Shown in pieces: positions 9,968 to 19,311 of a stretch of 64,000 nucleotides of DNA. The notes below the pieces were generated by a model. It saw only the letters and a list, made by a program, of their open reading frames with translations, was not told the DNA's origin and did not search any database. Made by a program: the position numbers and the translations under genes. How positions within the stretch are numbered: position 1 is the first letter of the stretch; each line of letters begins with the position of its first letter. This DNA comes from Gammaproteobacteria bacterium (GTDB taxonomy: Bacteria > Pseudomonadota > Gammaproteobacteria > Eutrophobiales > Eutrophobiaceae). Where the stretch lies: positions 1,536,001 to 1,600,000 of the forward strand of contig CBDCTH010000012.1 of assembly GCA_965222155.1 (NCBI GenBank), given 5' to 3'.

Positions 9968-11294
9968 ACTGGGTATTGACCATATAGTTTTTCCAGGTCT
10001 GAAACTGGTGGCGAAAGACCATGTCAGACGTGCCTGCCGCATGCTTGGTCCCGTCTTCCTCTATCTCTTCCTTGCCCAGATAACGGTGTTGACTTACCCA
10101 TTCATTGCTATCCTGCGTCTGCAGGCCATATTGCAACCGGTGATAGGCTTCGTAGTCATCGGGACCAACCACGTTGGCATGGGAATTGATCAGGTTGCAA
10201 TAAGTGATGGAGCGTCGAAACAGTTCTTCCGGCGCCCCGACCTGCCTGAACACCCATGATTCGATAACGGTTTTATTCACGGCCACAGGTTTGACAACGC
10301 GAATCGAGGTGATTGCGCCCTTCAGGGTAAAGCTGGGATAAACCACGGTATTGTGGCGGTTTAGCGCGAGGATTTCCCGCGCCTTCTGCTCTCCGTATTT
10401 CTCGACCAGGGAGTCCATATAGCCGGGAATGGGTGAATAGGCTGAATGGATACTGAACTTGCCCCCGGTGACACTGTGTCCGTAGTTCCAGGCTGTGAGT
10501 CCCATCTTTTCAAAGAACTCGTAGTTGTTGGTGAACGGCGCCAGCATTTCAAGTTCGAACGGTACCGGGTCACCCTCTTTCAGACGTTCATCAAATACCC
10601 GTTTGGCTGTACCGCTGGAGGACTGATGAACGACCATCGGATGCATGGCGTCATTCAGGTTTTCCACAAACATCTTCCAGTTGGAATCATGCAGGTAACG
10701 GAAACAACCACCGGCAATTTCGATTCGCCCTTCCGGGGATCGTTCCACCAGGTTGTCAATGGATACCGCGGCGCCACTCAACCAGGTTTTCAAATCAGGT
10801 CCTTGTGCAGCCAGGCTGGCGAATACCAGACCGTGGTAACTGTCCACCCGCGGCACCCGCTGCATATTGGATTCCGCCTTGCCCTTGCCGAACCCGGAGT
10901 CGCCGTAGGCTTCTTCCCGGGGGATATGGATTAAGGTACCGTCGGTATCGAATACATAACCATGGTAGCTGCAGCGCAACTGCTGCATGTGGCCGCAACT
11001 CTCACCAACCACCTGGGCGCCCTTGTGGCTGCAGCGGTTGAATAACACGTAAACCTTTCCGTCACTGTGCCGGATCATGATGACCGCCTGCCTGCCGATG
11101 CTGGTAGCGAAATAGTCGCCCGGCTGTTTTACCTGGCTGTCGTGACCCACGTAGATCCAGGCCTTTTTCCAGATACGTTCCATCTCCAGGTCAAAGATTT
11201 CGGGATCGGTATAGACATTTCTGTGGACGCAATCCTCCCTGATCAAGCCAGCCAGCCGCTCATTGGTGTAATGTGTCATCTTCGATTCTCCCAT
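9957..11294 (-). CDS. Rieske aromatic ring-hydroxylating oxygenase alpha subunit
   Basis: CSH...CSYH Rieske motif, NWKMFVENLNDAMHPMVVH mononuclear Fe motif, PDD. Confidence 0.95.
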   Translation of the reverse strand: MGESKMTHYTNERLAGLIREDCVHRNVYTDPEIFDLEMERIWKKAWIYVGHDSQVKQPGDYFATSIGRQAVIMIRHSDGKVYVLFNRCSHKGAQVVGESCGHMQQLRCSYHGYVFDTDGTLIHIPREEAYGDSGFGKGKAESNMQRVPRVDSYHGLVFASLAAQGPDLKTWLSGAAVSIDNLVERSPEGRIEIAGGCFRYLHDSNWKMFVENLNDAMHPMVVHQSSSGTAKRVFDERLKEGDPVPFELEMLAPFTNNYEFFEKMGLTAWNYGHSVTGGKFSIHSAYSPIPGYMDSLVEKYGEQKAREILALNRHNTVVYPSFTLKGAITSIRVVKPVAVNKTVIESWVFRQVGAPEELFRRSITYCNLINSHANVVGPDDYEAYHRLQYGLQTQDSNEWVSQHRYLGKEEIEEDGTKHAAGTSDMVFRHQFQTWKNYMVNTQYAE

Positions 11295-11505
11295 TCATTC
11301 CGTTACATTCCGGGTAAATTATAACGCATGATCAATCCAATAACACCTCGCCGCGGGCTATGGCAATAGCCGGCATTTCCTGTGAATTAGGAGGTTTAGC
11401 GTTACTTCTGTGATCAGCCTCGTCCCGGTTTTCCTTGGCAGCATTCAGTTCGGCTGCGACTTGTTCCATTTAAGTCAGAGTCTAAATGAACCTATTTGCG
11501 TTATA

Positions 11506-11898
11506 TTATTCCGGCACTACCGCCGTCGTTTCTATTTCCACCTTGACCCGGTCCTCAATCAGGGCAGAGACTTGCACCATGGCCATCGCCGGGTAGTTCC
11601 TGCCCATGATTTCCCGGTAGACACGCCCAATGTCCTTTACCGAGGACAGATATTCCTGTTTATCCAGGATATACCAGGTCATCCTGGTTACATGCTCAGG
11701 TCCCGCATTCGCTTCGCCCAATACTGCGATAGTATTTGTCAGAGCCTGGCGGATCTGTTCAACGAGACTGTCGCTATGAATAATTTTGTTCTTATCCCAG
11801 CCAATCTGTCCGGCAATAAACACCATCCTGCCTTGTGCGACGATTCCGTTGGAATAGCCTTCAGGTCGGGGCCAATCCGGTGGTTGTAATATCCGCAT
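11506..11898 (-). CDS. RidA/YjgF family enamine deaminase (AbmF-like)
   Basis: LQPPDWPRPEGYSNGI, GQIGW, KVEIETTA. Confidence 0.9.
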   Translation of the reverse strand: MRILQPPDWPRPEGYSNGIVAQGRMVFIAGQIGWDKNKIIHSDSLVEQIRQALTNTIAVLGEANAGPEHVTRMTWYILDKQEYLSSVKDIGRVYREIMGRNYPAMAMVQVSALIEDRVKVEIETTAVVPE

Positions 11899-12078
11899 AA
11901 GTGATAGGTTATCTGATTAATGATTTTTTCAGGCCGTCAGTTCTACGATTGCATTATAGCCGCAATAGTATTCACATGTCTGCTGATATGATATAGTTCC
12001 TGCCTGTAATCCACCTACAAGGGTGAAGCCTTCACCCGGCATTTGACATCATTCGTTTCATATTGAGGAAAGCACCTT

Positions 12079-13812
12079 ATGAAGCCTTATTTTGAGAACA
12101 TGCAACGATTCGGCAAAGAACTGAAGCAAGGCCGGATCAAGCGTGCGACTCCAAGCATGGAACAGTTGAAGCAGGTTCAAGCGGGAATTGAAGAGCGTAA
12201 GAAAGACGTCGAGAACGCAGGTTTTTCTACGGAGCAAATCAACAAGCGCGGCGCCATGACCGTCTGGCAACGCCTGGAATATTTGATCGACCCAGGAACC
12301 TGGCGTCCATTGCACAGCCTTTACAATCCGATGGATAACGCAAACGGAGCAACCAACGTGGTCGACGGCCTTGCCAAGGTCGCCGGCCGCTGGGCGGTAG
12401 TGATCGGTTTTGATAACAAGGTGCTGGCCGGAGCCTGGCTCCCCGGCCAGTCGGATAATATACTGCGTGTTACCAACCTCGCAAAACGACTTCATATCCC
12501 GCTGATCTGGCTGGTCAACTGCAGCGGAGTAAAATTGGATGAACAGGAAAAGTTCTATGCCAACCGGCGTGGGTCCGGCACACCTTTTTATCGCAACGCA
12601 GAATTGAATCAACTGGGTATCCCGGTTCTAGCCGGTATTTACGGCACAAATCCTGCCGGTGGTGGTTATCACGGCATCAGTCCCACCATACTTCTTGCCC
12701 ATAAAGATGCGAACATGGCCATAGGCGGTGTCGGCATCGTCTCGGGCATGTCGCCAAGAGGGGGCTTCAGCGCGGAGATGCTTGAAGAACTGGTGGAAAA
12801 AACCCGCACGTTCAGCGCCAAACCTCCAGGCCGGGTTGAGACTCATTACCACGAAACCGGATTTTTTACGGCAGTCTACGAGGAAGAAACTGAAGTGCTT
12901 GACGGCATCAAGGAATATATGGAAGCCATACCTGCATACAAACCTCATTTTTTCCAGGTTGCCGAACCCGCCGCGCCGGCATATCCGGCTGACGACCTGT
13001 ATTACCTGTTACCCCATAACCAGAAAGAAGTGTATTCCTTTGACGATATACTATCCCGATTGACGGACGCCAGTGAACACATGGAATTCCGCCCGGACTA
13101 CGGGCCCGAGGTGTATACAGGACTGTGCAGATTTGACGGACTTGTGATTGGCTGTATAGGAAATCGTTCCGGCTACCTCGGTAAAGGTTATCCGGAATAT
13201 GCCGACTATCCCGGTATGGGAGGGAAACTGTATCGTCAGGGCTTGATTAAAATGAACGAATTCGTCACCCATTGCGGGCGCGACCGCATCCCCGTCATCT
13301 GGTTTCAGGATACCTCCGGTATCGACGTCGGCGATCTGGCGGAAAAAGCCGAGTTGCTTGGGCTGGGTCAAGGCTTAATTTATTCCATACAGCAAACCGA
13401 CCTGCCAATGATGCTTGTCGTCTTGCGCAAGGGGACAGCCGCAGCTCACTACCTGATGGGTGGGCCGACCGCAAACCAACACAACGCGTTTACGCTGGGC
13501 ACGCCGGCTACGGAGATTGCGGTCATGCATGGTGAGACCGCAGCAGTTGCCATGTACTCCAGACGTGCGGTCAAGGAAAAGGATGCCGGCAGGCCGCTGG
13601 ATGAGGTCGCCGATAAAATGAACAACCTGGCGGAGCAATACCGGAAACACTCCAGTCCTGAGTACTGTGCGCGTTATGGGCTGGTTGATGAGGTCGTTGA
13701 CCTGGCGGAATTAAGAAATTATCTTACGGCTTTTGCCGGCGCAGCTTATCAGAACCCGCGTTCCATCTGCCCCAAACACCAGTTGCTGCTGCCAAGAATT
13801 ATAAAGGGATAA
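12079..13812 (+). CDS. gcdA: Glutaconyl-CoA decarboxylase carboxyltransferase alpha subunit
   Basis: VNCSGVKLDEQEKFYANRRGSGTPF, GTNPAGGGYH, QDTSGIDVG, RKGTAAAHY and C-terminal YQNPRSICP, characteristic of GcdA. Confidence 0.9.
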   Translation: MKPYFENMQRFGKELKQGRIKRATPSMEQLKQVQAGIEERKKDVENAGFSTEQINKRGAMTVWQRLEYLIDPGTWRPLHSLYNPMDNANGATNVVDGLAKVAGRWAVVIGFDNKVLAGAWLPGQSDNILRVTNLAKRLHIPLIWLVNCSGVKLDEQEKFYANRRGSGTPFYRNAELNQLGIPVLAGIYGTNPAGGGYHGISPTILLAHKDANMAIGGVGIVSGMSPRGGFSAEMLEELVEKTRTFSAKPPGRVETHYHETGFFTAVYEEETEVLDGIKEYMEAIPAYKPHFFQVAEPAAPAYPADDLYYLLPHNQKEVYSFDDILSRLTDASEHMEFRPDYGPEVYTGLCRFDGLVIGCIGNRSGYLGKGYPEYADYPGMGGKLYRQGLIKMNEFVTHCGRDRIPVIWFQDTSGIDVGDLAEKAELLGLGQGLIYSIQQTDLPMMLVVLRKGTAAAHYLMGGPTANQHNAFTLGTPATEIAVMHGETAAVAMYSRRAVKEKDAGRPLDEVADKMNNLAEQYRKHSSPEYCARYGLVDEVVDLAELRNYLTAFAGAAYQNPRSICPKHQLLLPRIIKG

Positions 13813-13854
13813 GGAACCTCTGACAGGTCCCGGGTGGACTTGTTCAGTGCTTAC
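13813..13854. repeat. Short internally deleted copy of the GGAACCTCTGA MITE family
   Basis: taa-ggaacctctgac...ggacttgttcagtgcttac begins at the gcdA stop codon; both ends match the element at 38290-38464. Confidence 0.6.
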
Positions 13855-13880
13855 ACAACATTACTGGTAAAATCAGGTTT

Positions 13881-14009
13881 ATGGAACAGGCTTTGGTAGT
13901 TTTCTTCAATGGTCTCGGCGGCGTATTCGCCGGCATGGCAATGTTGTATCTTGCCATCAGGCTACTCGCCCTGATGGCCGATAAGCAGACCGGGGACAAG
14001 GAAGAATAA
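13881..14009 (+). CDS. gcdD: OadG/GcdD-like small membrane subunit (42 aa; not in the ORF track)
   Basis: MEQALVVFFNGLGGVFAGMAMLYLAIRLLALMADKQTGDKEE, single TM; TAATG overlap with the beta subunit start. Confidence 0.78.
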   Translation: MEQALVVFFNGLGGVFAGMAMLYLAIRLLALMADKQTGDKEE

Positions 14010-15112
14010 TGGCGTTTATCCAGAACATGGGAATTTTTTCCATTACGCCCGAATTGCTGGTGATGTGGCTGATAGGTCTGACACTGATCTACCTGGCTGT
14101 TACCAGGCAGTATGAACCACTGTTGTTGCTGCCGATAGGATTTGGCATTCTTCTGGCCAACCTGCCGCTGACCCAACTAATGGAGCCCGGCGCTGGTTTG
14201 CTTTGGCGCTTCTATCACTATGGGATCGAATGGCGCATCATTCCACCCCTGATCTTCCTGGGCCTTGGCGCACTGACCGATTTCGGCCCGTTACTGTCGC
14301 GACCATTGCTTATCTTTCTGGGCGCCGGTGCACAGGTGGGAGTTTACCTTACTTTTTTTCTGGCCTACGGGATGGGATTCAACCTGGAAGACGCTGCCAC
14401 CATCAGCATTATCGGCGGTGCGGACGGACCGACGACCATCTTTCTTGCGGCCGAACTGGCGCCGCACCTGCTTGGCGCCTGCGCCGTTGCCGCCTATTCC
14501 TATATGGCCCTGGTGCCTATTATTCAACCCCCTATCATGCGTCTGCTGACAACAGAGAATGAACGGAAAATCCGTATGCATAAAGGTCGCAAGGTCAGTT
14601 CCAGGGAGAAACTGTTGTTTCCGATAACAGCTGCCCTGGTGATCATATTGATGGTGCCGGCTTCGGCGCCCCTGATATCCATGTTCATGTTGGGCAACCT
14701 GTTCCGCGAATCCAAGGTAGTCGAGCGCCTGACCGACGCCGCCCAGAATTCCCTGATGAATATTGCGACCATATTCCTCGGCATCAGCGTAGGCGCCACC
14801 ATGAGCGCAGACAGTTTTTTGCGCGCCGATGTCATTCTTATTTTCTTCCTGGGCCTGTTCGCGTTCATGATCAGTACGGCAAGCGGCATACTGCTGGCTA
14901 AGCTGCTGAATATTTTTATCACGAATAAAATCAATCCCCTGGTCGGCGCCGCCGGCGTATCTGCCGTGCCTATGGCAGCCCGGGTTGTTCAGAAAATCGG
15001 TGCTGAGGCCGATAAAAAGAATTATTTACTTATGTTTGCCATGGGCCCCAATATCGCCGGTGTTATCGGCACCGTCATTGCGGCCGGTATATTTTTAACG
15101 ATGTTGCAATAA
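14009..15112 (+). CDS. gcdB: Na+-translocating decarboxylase beta subunit
   Basis: EPLLLLPIGFG, IIGGADGPT, AYSYMALVP, GVSAVPMAARV, GPNIAGVIG (OadB/GcdB motifs). Confidence 0.95.
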   Translation: MAFIQNMGIFSITPELLVMWLIGLTLIYLAVTRQYEPLLLLPIGFGILLANLPLTQLMEPGAGLLWRFYHYGIEWRIIPPLIFLGLGALTDFGPLLSRPLLIFLGAGAQVGVYLTFFLAYGMGFNLEDAATISIIGGADGPTTIFLAAELAPHLLGACAVAAYSYMALVPIIQPPIMRLLTTENERKIRMHKGRKVSSREKLLFPITAALVIILMVPASAPLISMFMLGNLFRESKVVERLTDAAQNSLMNIATIFLGISVGATMSADSFLRADVILIFFLGLFAFMISTASGILLAKLLNIFITNKINPLVGAAGVSAVPMAARVVQKIGAEADKKNYLLMFAMGPNIAGVIGTVIAAGIFLTMLQ

Positions 15113-15128
15113 ACTCAGGAGAAAAGTT

Positions 15129-15350
15129 ATGGCGGAAGACGTGTTGGCGCCCTTGTCAGGCACCATCTGGAAGATCACGGCAGCGCCGGGTGAAGTCGTA
15201 GAAGAAGATGATGAGGTGCTGATCATTGAGGCATTGAAGATGGAAACACCGATATTTGCACCTTGTGACGGCAAGGTGAAAGAGATTTACGTGAAGGAAG
15301 GCGATACGGTGGATGAAGATCAATCCTTGATGTCTATTGAGCCTGAATAA
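15129..15350 (+). CDS. gcdC: Biotin carboxyl carrier subunit
   Basis: APLSGTIWK...EALKMET biotinyl domain. Confidence 0.88.
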   Translation: MAEDVLAPLSGTIWKITAAPGEVVEEDDEVLIIEALKMETPIFAPCDGKVKEIYVKEGDTVDEDQSLMSIEPE

Positions 15351-15363
15351 TTGAGAGGTAACC

Positions 15364-16521
15364 ATGTTTTTTGAATTAACCGAAGAGCAGCGTCTGGTAC
15401 AAGACACTGCGCGACGATTTGCCTTGGAAGATATCGCACCTACGCTTGAAGAAGAAGAAAAAAACCATGAGTTCAAACTGGAACGCGTGGCTAAAATGGG
15501 CGAGCTGGGGTTTTTTTCGTGTGTGCTGCCGGAACAACTGGATGGAAACGGCATGGGTTTTCTGGAATCCGTACTCATGGCAGAACAGATTGGCCAGGTA
15601 TCGGCCTCCTGGCGACTGCCCTTCAACATGCAGAATCTTGGCGCCCCGTTATCGGTGGCCAAATTCGGTACGGACGAGCAGAAAGAGAAATACATTCCCG
15701 GCTGGATCAACGGCACGAAAATGGGATTCTTCGCCATGACCGAACCGGACACCGGCTCCGACGTCTCCAGCATGAAGACCCATGCCATCGACAGGGGCGA
15801 TCATTATGAACTGCATGGCAGTAAAATATGGATATCCAACGCCCACGTGGGCGATGCCGGCCTGTTGTATGCCTATACGGACAGGGCCAAAGGCAATAAA
15901 GGCATCAGTTGCTTTATCATCGAACCCAAGACCCTGGAAGGTTGTACTGCCCGGCCCATCGAAACCAAACTGGGACTGCATTGTTCTCCGACCGGTGAGT
16001 TTGTCTTCGAGGGCGCGCAGATTCCCAAAAGCGCCCGGCTCGGCGAACTCAATAACGGTTTCAAGATGTGCATGTGGCAATTGAACAATACCCGCATCGG
16101 TTGTGCCGCCGGCGCGCTTGGCGTGGCCGGCGGCGCATTGCAACTGGCCATCGACTATGCAAACGAGCGCAAACAATTCGGCAAGTCTATTTCACGTCAC
16201 CAGATGATCCAGTCGCAGATAGCCGACATGGTATTGGAACATCAGGCCGCGCAACTGCTGGTATACAAGGCTGCCTGGTTAAAGGATCAGGGGAAACCCA
16301 ACCAGTATGAGACATCCGTCGCCAAACTGGCCGCGTCCGAAGCTGCCGTACACGCGGCAAACGAGTGTATGAAAATCTTCGGTTCCTACGGCTATTCCAC
16401 GGAATATCCGGCTGAGCGGTTCTATCGCGACGCCAAGTCCCTGCAGATAGTGGAAGGGACTTCAAATATACAGAAAATGATCATAGCGGGCATGGCCTGT
16501 GGTCATACCTCCAACCGCTGA
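15364..16521 (+). CDS. Glutaryl-CoA dehydrogenase, non-decarboxylating type
   Basis: Acyl-CoA dehydrogenase fold with RxxxNM (WRLPFNM), YAYTD, GYSTEYP and VEG (Val rather than Tyr before the catalytic Glu), recalled from the Desulfococcus multivorans enzyme; adjacent to gcd. Confidence 0.8.
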   Translation: MFFELTEEQRLVQDTARRFALEDIAPTLEEEEKNHEFKLERVAKMGELGFFSCVLPEQLDGNGMGFLESVLMAEQIGQVSASWRLPFNMQNLGAPLSVAKFGTDEQKEKYIPGWINGTKMGFFAMTEPDTGSDVSSMKTHAIDRGDHYELHGSKIWISNAHVGDAGLLYAYTDRAKGNKGISCFIIEPKTLEGCTARPIETKLGLHCSPTGEFVFEGAQIPKSARLGELNNGFKMCMWQLNNTRIGCAAGALGVAGGALQLAIDYANERKQFGKSISRHQMIQSQIADMVLEHQAAQLLVYKAAWLKDQGKPNQYETSVAKLAASEAAVHAANECMKIFGSYGYSTEYPAERFYRDAKSLQIVEGTSNIQKMIIAGMACGHTSNR

Positions 16522-16531
16522 CTACGGAACA

Positions 16532-17296
16532 ATGGCTGAACTCAGTGATAAACACGTGGTGGTTACCGGCGGTGGCAGGGGTATAGGCGCGGCAATAGCC
16601 GCACAAATGAATCGGCTGGGAGCCAGGATTACCCTGATGGGTCGAACGGAAAGCTCGTTACGTTCCCAGGCCGAACGACTGGACCATGCATCCGGTGTGC
16701 AGGTAGACGTGACTAATGAAGATGACGTACAAGCAGGGTTTGCTGAAGCTGTAGCCCGGTTTGGCCCTGTTGACATCCTGGTGAATAACGCCGGCACTGC
16801 CAACAGCAGTCCATTCAAACGCATCGATAGCGATAGCTGGGGACGAGCGATAGCAGTTAACCTGAACGGTGTGTTTTATTGCAGCAAGCAGGTGCTGGAC
16901 GGAATGCTGGAGGCTGACTGGGGCCGTATCATCAATATAGCCAGCACTGCCGGGCTTACCGGCTATGCTTATGTTACGGCTTATTGCGCGGCCAAACACG
17001 GTGTAATCGGCTTGACACGCTCCCTGGCTCTGGAACTGTCCAGGACCGGCATAACCGTCAATGCGATCTGTCCGGGCTATACTAAAACGGACTTGATTAC
17101 TGACGCAATAACCAGAATTATGGATAAAACGGGCATGTCGCTGGAAGATGCCGAAGCGCGCCTCAAGTCAGCAAATCCGCAACATCGGTTTATCGAACCG
17201 GAAGAAGTGGCAACGGCGGTAGCCTGGTTATGTCAGCCCGGCAGCGAATCTATCACCGGCCAATCCATCCCCATCGCCGGTGGAGAAGTCATGTGA
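16532..17296 (+). CDS. SDR, 3-hydroxyacyl-CoA dehydrogenase-like (AbmB-like)
   Basis: TGGGRGIG, NNAG, STAGLTGYAYVTAYCAAKHG. Confidence 0.88.
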   Translation: MAELSDKHVVVTGGGRGIGAAIAAQMNRLGARITLMGRTESSLRSQAERLDHASGVQVDVTNEDDVQAGFAEAVARFGPVDILVNNAGTANSSPFKRIDSDSWGRAIAVNLNGVFYCSKQVLDGMLEADWGRIINIASTAGLTGYAYVTAYCAAKHGVIGLTRSLALELSRTGITVNAICPGYTKTDLITDAITRIMDKTGMSLEDAEARLKSANPQHRFIEPEEVATAVAWLCQPGSESITGQSIPIAGGEVM

Positions 17297-17317
17297 CAAA
17301 ACCAGGGAAATAAATCA

Positions 17318-18127
17318 ATGAATATGCAAGGATTTAAACCGAAACATTTTGACTGGTCATGTTCCGGAGGCATAGCCAAGTTGACCTTGAACAGGCCGGA
17401 GAGAAAAAACCCGCTGACTTTCGATTCCTATGCGGAACTGCGTGATACATTCCGTCATTTAACCGGCGCTGATGATGTCAAGGTCGTTATCATCACCGGC
17501 GCCGGAGGGAACTTCTGTTCCGGTGGCGACGTTCACGACATCATAGGCCCGCTGACGCAAATGGATATGAAGAGCCTGCTTGAATTTACCCGCATGACCG
17601 GAGACCTCATCAAGGCCATGATCCACTGCCCGCAACCCGTTATTGCTGCGGTAGACGGCATTTGTGTGGGCGCCGGCGCCGCTATCGCCATGGCGAGCGA
17701 TATCCGCATCGCTACCCCGGAAGCAACAACCGCTTTTTTGTTTACCCGCGTCGGCCTGGCCGGCTGCGACATGGGAGCTTGCGCCTTACTGCCCCGGATT
17801 ATCGGCCAGGGTCGCGCTGCCGAATTACTGTATACCGGCCGCTCCATGGCGGCGGAAGAAGGGATGCGCTGGGGATTTTATAACACCCTCTCATGCGCCG
17901 ATTCGTTACTCGCTGATGCAGACAAGCTGGCTGAGCAGTTGCTCAGAGGGCCGACTTTTGCCCACGGTATCACCAAGACCATGCTGCGTCAGGAATGGAA
18001 TATGTCCCTTGAACAGGCTATTGAGGCAGAAGCCCAGGCCCAGGCAATCTGCATGCAAACCGAAGATTTTCGCCGTGCGTATACTGCATTTACCAACAAG
18101 GAAAAGCCTGTATTCGAGGGTGACTGA
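17318..18127 (+). CDS. Enoyl-CoA hydratase/isomerase (AbmC-like)
   Basis: [33 protein letters not shown]. Confidence 0.9.
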   Translation: MNMQGFKPKHFDWSCSGGIAKLTLNRPERKNPLTFDSYAELRDTFRHLTGADDVKVVIITGAGGNFCSGGDVHDIIGPLTQMDMKSLLEFTRMTGDLIKAMIHCPQPVIAAVDGICVGAGAAIAMASDIRIATPEATTAFLFTRVGLAGCDMGACALLPRIIGQGRAAELLYTGRSMAAEEGMRWGFYNTLSCADSLLADADKLAEQLLRGPTFAHGITKTMLRQEWNMSLEQAIEAEAQAQAICMQTEDFRRAYTAFTNKEKPVFEGD

Positions 18128-19290
18128 TGGCGGACCGCAGCTACCTGGGCTGGCCTTTTTTTACCCCGGAACACAGGCAGTTAGCCGGGGAACTGGATGA
18201 GTGGGCCGGACGGCAATTGAATCATCCACTGCCGGATGATGTCGATAACGCCTGCAAAGAGTTGCTTGCCCGATTAGCCGAGGCCGGTTGGCTCAATTAT
18301 TCAGCGCCCGCTCCCGGAGATGTTTCCACCCTCCCCCTGGATGTGAGATCCTTGTGTCTCATTCGTGATATCCTGGCGCGCCATTCCGGTCTGGCGGATT
18401 TTGTTTTCGCAATGCAGGGTTTGGGCAGCGGAGCGATTACCTTATTTGGCAACCATACACAAAAAAATGATTATCTGCCCGCGGTCCGCAGTGGTAAAAA
18501 AATTGCCGCTTTTGCCCTGTCTGAGTCGGAAGCCGGTTCCGACGTTGTGGCCCTCGCCACCAACGCCGTTTGCGCTGGGGATGAGTACATAATCAATGGC
18601 GAGAAAACCTGGATTTCAAACGGAGGCATCGCCGATTATTATACCTTGTTCGTCAGGACCGGGGAGCAACCCGGCGCCCGCGGACTGAGCGCCTTCATTG
18701 TTGATGCCGACAGTGAGGGACTCGAAATAGCCGAACGTATCGATGTGATTGCGCCCCATCCACTGGCGCGTATCAGGTTCAAGGACTGCAGGGTAGCGAA
18801 AACAAAACTGCTGGGCATGCCGGGGGACGGTTTTAAAATTGCCATGACCACGCTGGATATCTTTCGTTCAAGCGTCGGCGCGGCCGCCCTGGGTTTTGCC
18901 CGACGCGCGCTGGATGAAACAGTGAACCATGCCGCTACGCGGCAACTGTTCGGCATGGCGCTGGCTGATATGCAAATGACCCAGGCCAGGATCGCCGACA
19001 TGGCTGTGGCCATTGATGCGAGCGCCCTGTTGGTTTACCGGGCCGCCTGGACTAAGGACAGCGGCGCTGCGCGGGTGACGCGGGAAGCGGCAATGGCTAA
19101 ATTGTACGCGACCGAATCCGCCCAGGAGGTTATCGACCAGGCCGTGCAATTATTTGGAGGGCGCGGCGTAACCCGCGGCGAAAAAGTGGAAGAACTGTAC
19201 AGGGAAATCCGCGCGTTGCGCATCTACGAAGGCGCATCCGAGATACAAAAACTGATCATAGCCCGCCAGACCCTGGATAATGCAGGTTGA
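18127..19290 (+). CDS. Acyl-CoA dehydrogenase (AbmD-like)
   Basis: [33 protein letters not shown]. Confidence 0.9.
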   Translation: MADRSYLGWPFFTPEHRQLAGELDEWAGRQLNHPLPDDVDNACKELLARLAEAGWLNYSAPAPGDVSTLPLDVRSLCLIRDILARHSGLADFVFAMQGLGSGAITLFGNHTQKNDYLPAVRSGKKIAAFALSESEAGSDVVALATNAVCAGDEYIINGEKTWISNGGIADYYTLFVRTGEQPGARGLSAFIVDADSEGLEIAERIDVIAPHPLARIRFKDCRVAKTKLLGMPGDGFKIAMTTLDIFRSSVGAAALGFARRALDETVNHAATRQLFGMALADMQMTQARIADMAVAIDASALLVYRAAWTKDSGAARVTREAAMAKLYATESAQEVIDQAVQLFGGRGVTRGEKVEELYREIRALRIYEGASEIQKLIIARQTLDNAG

Positions 19291-19311
19291 TATGATCATT
19301 TCCGTCTTCCT

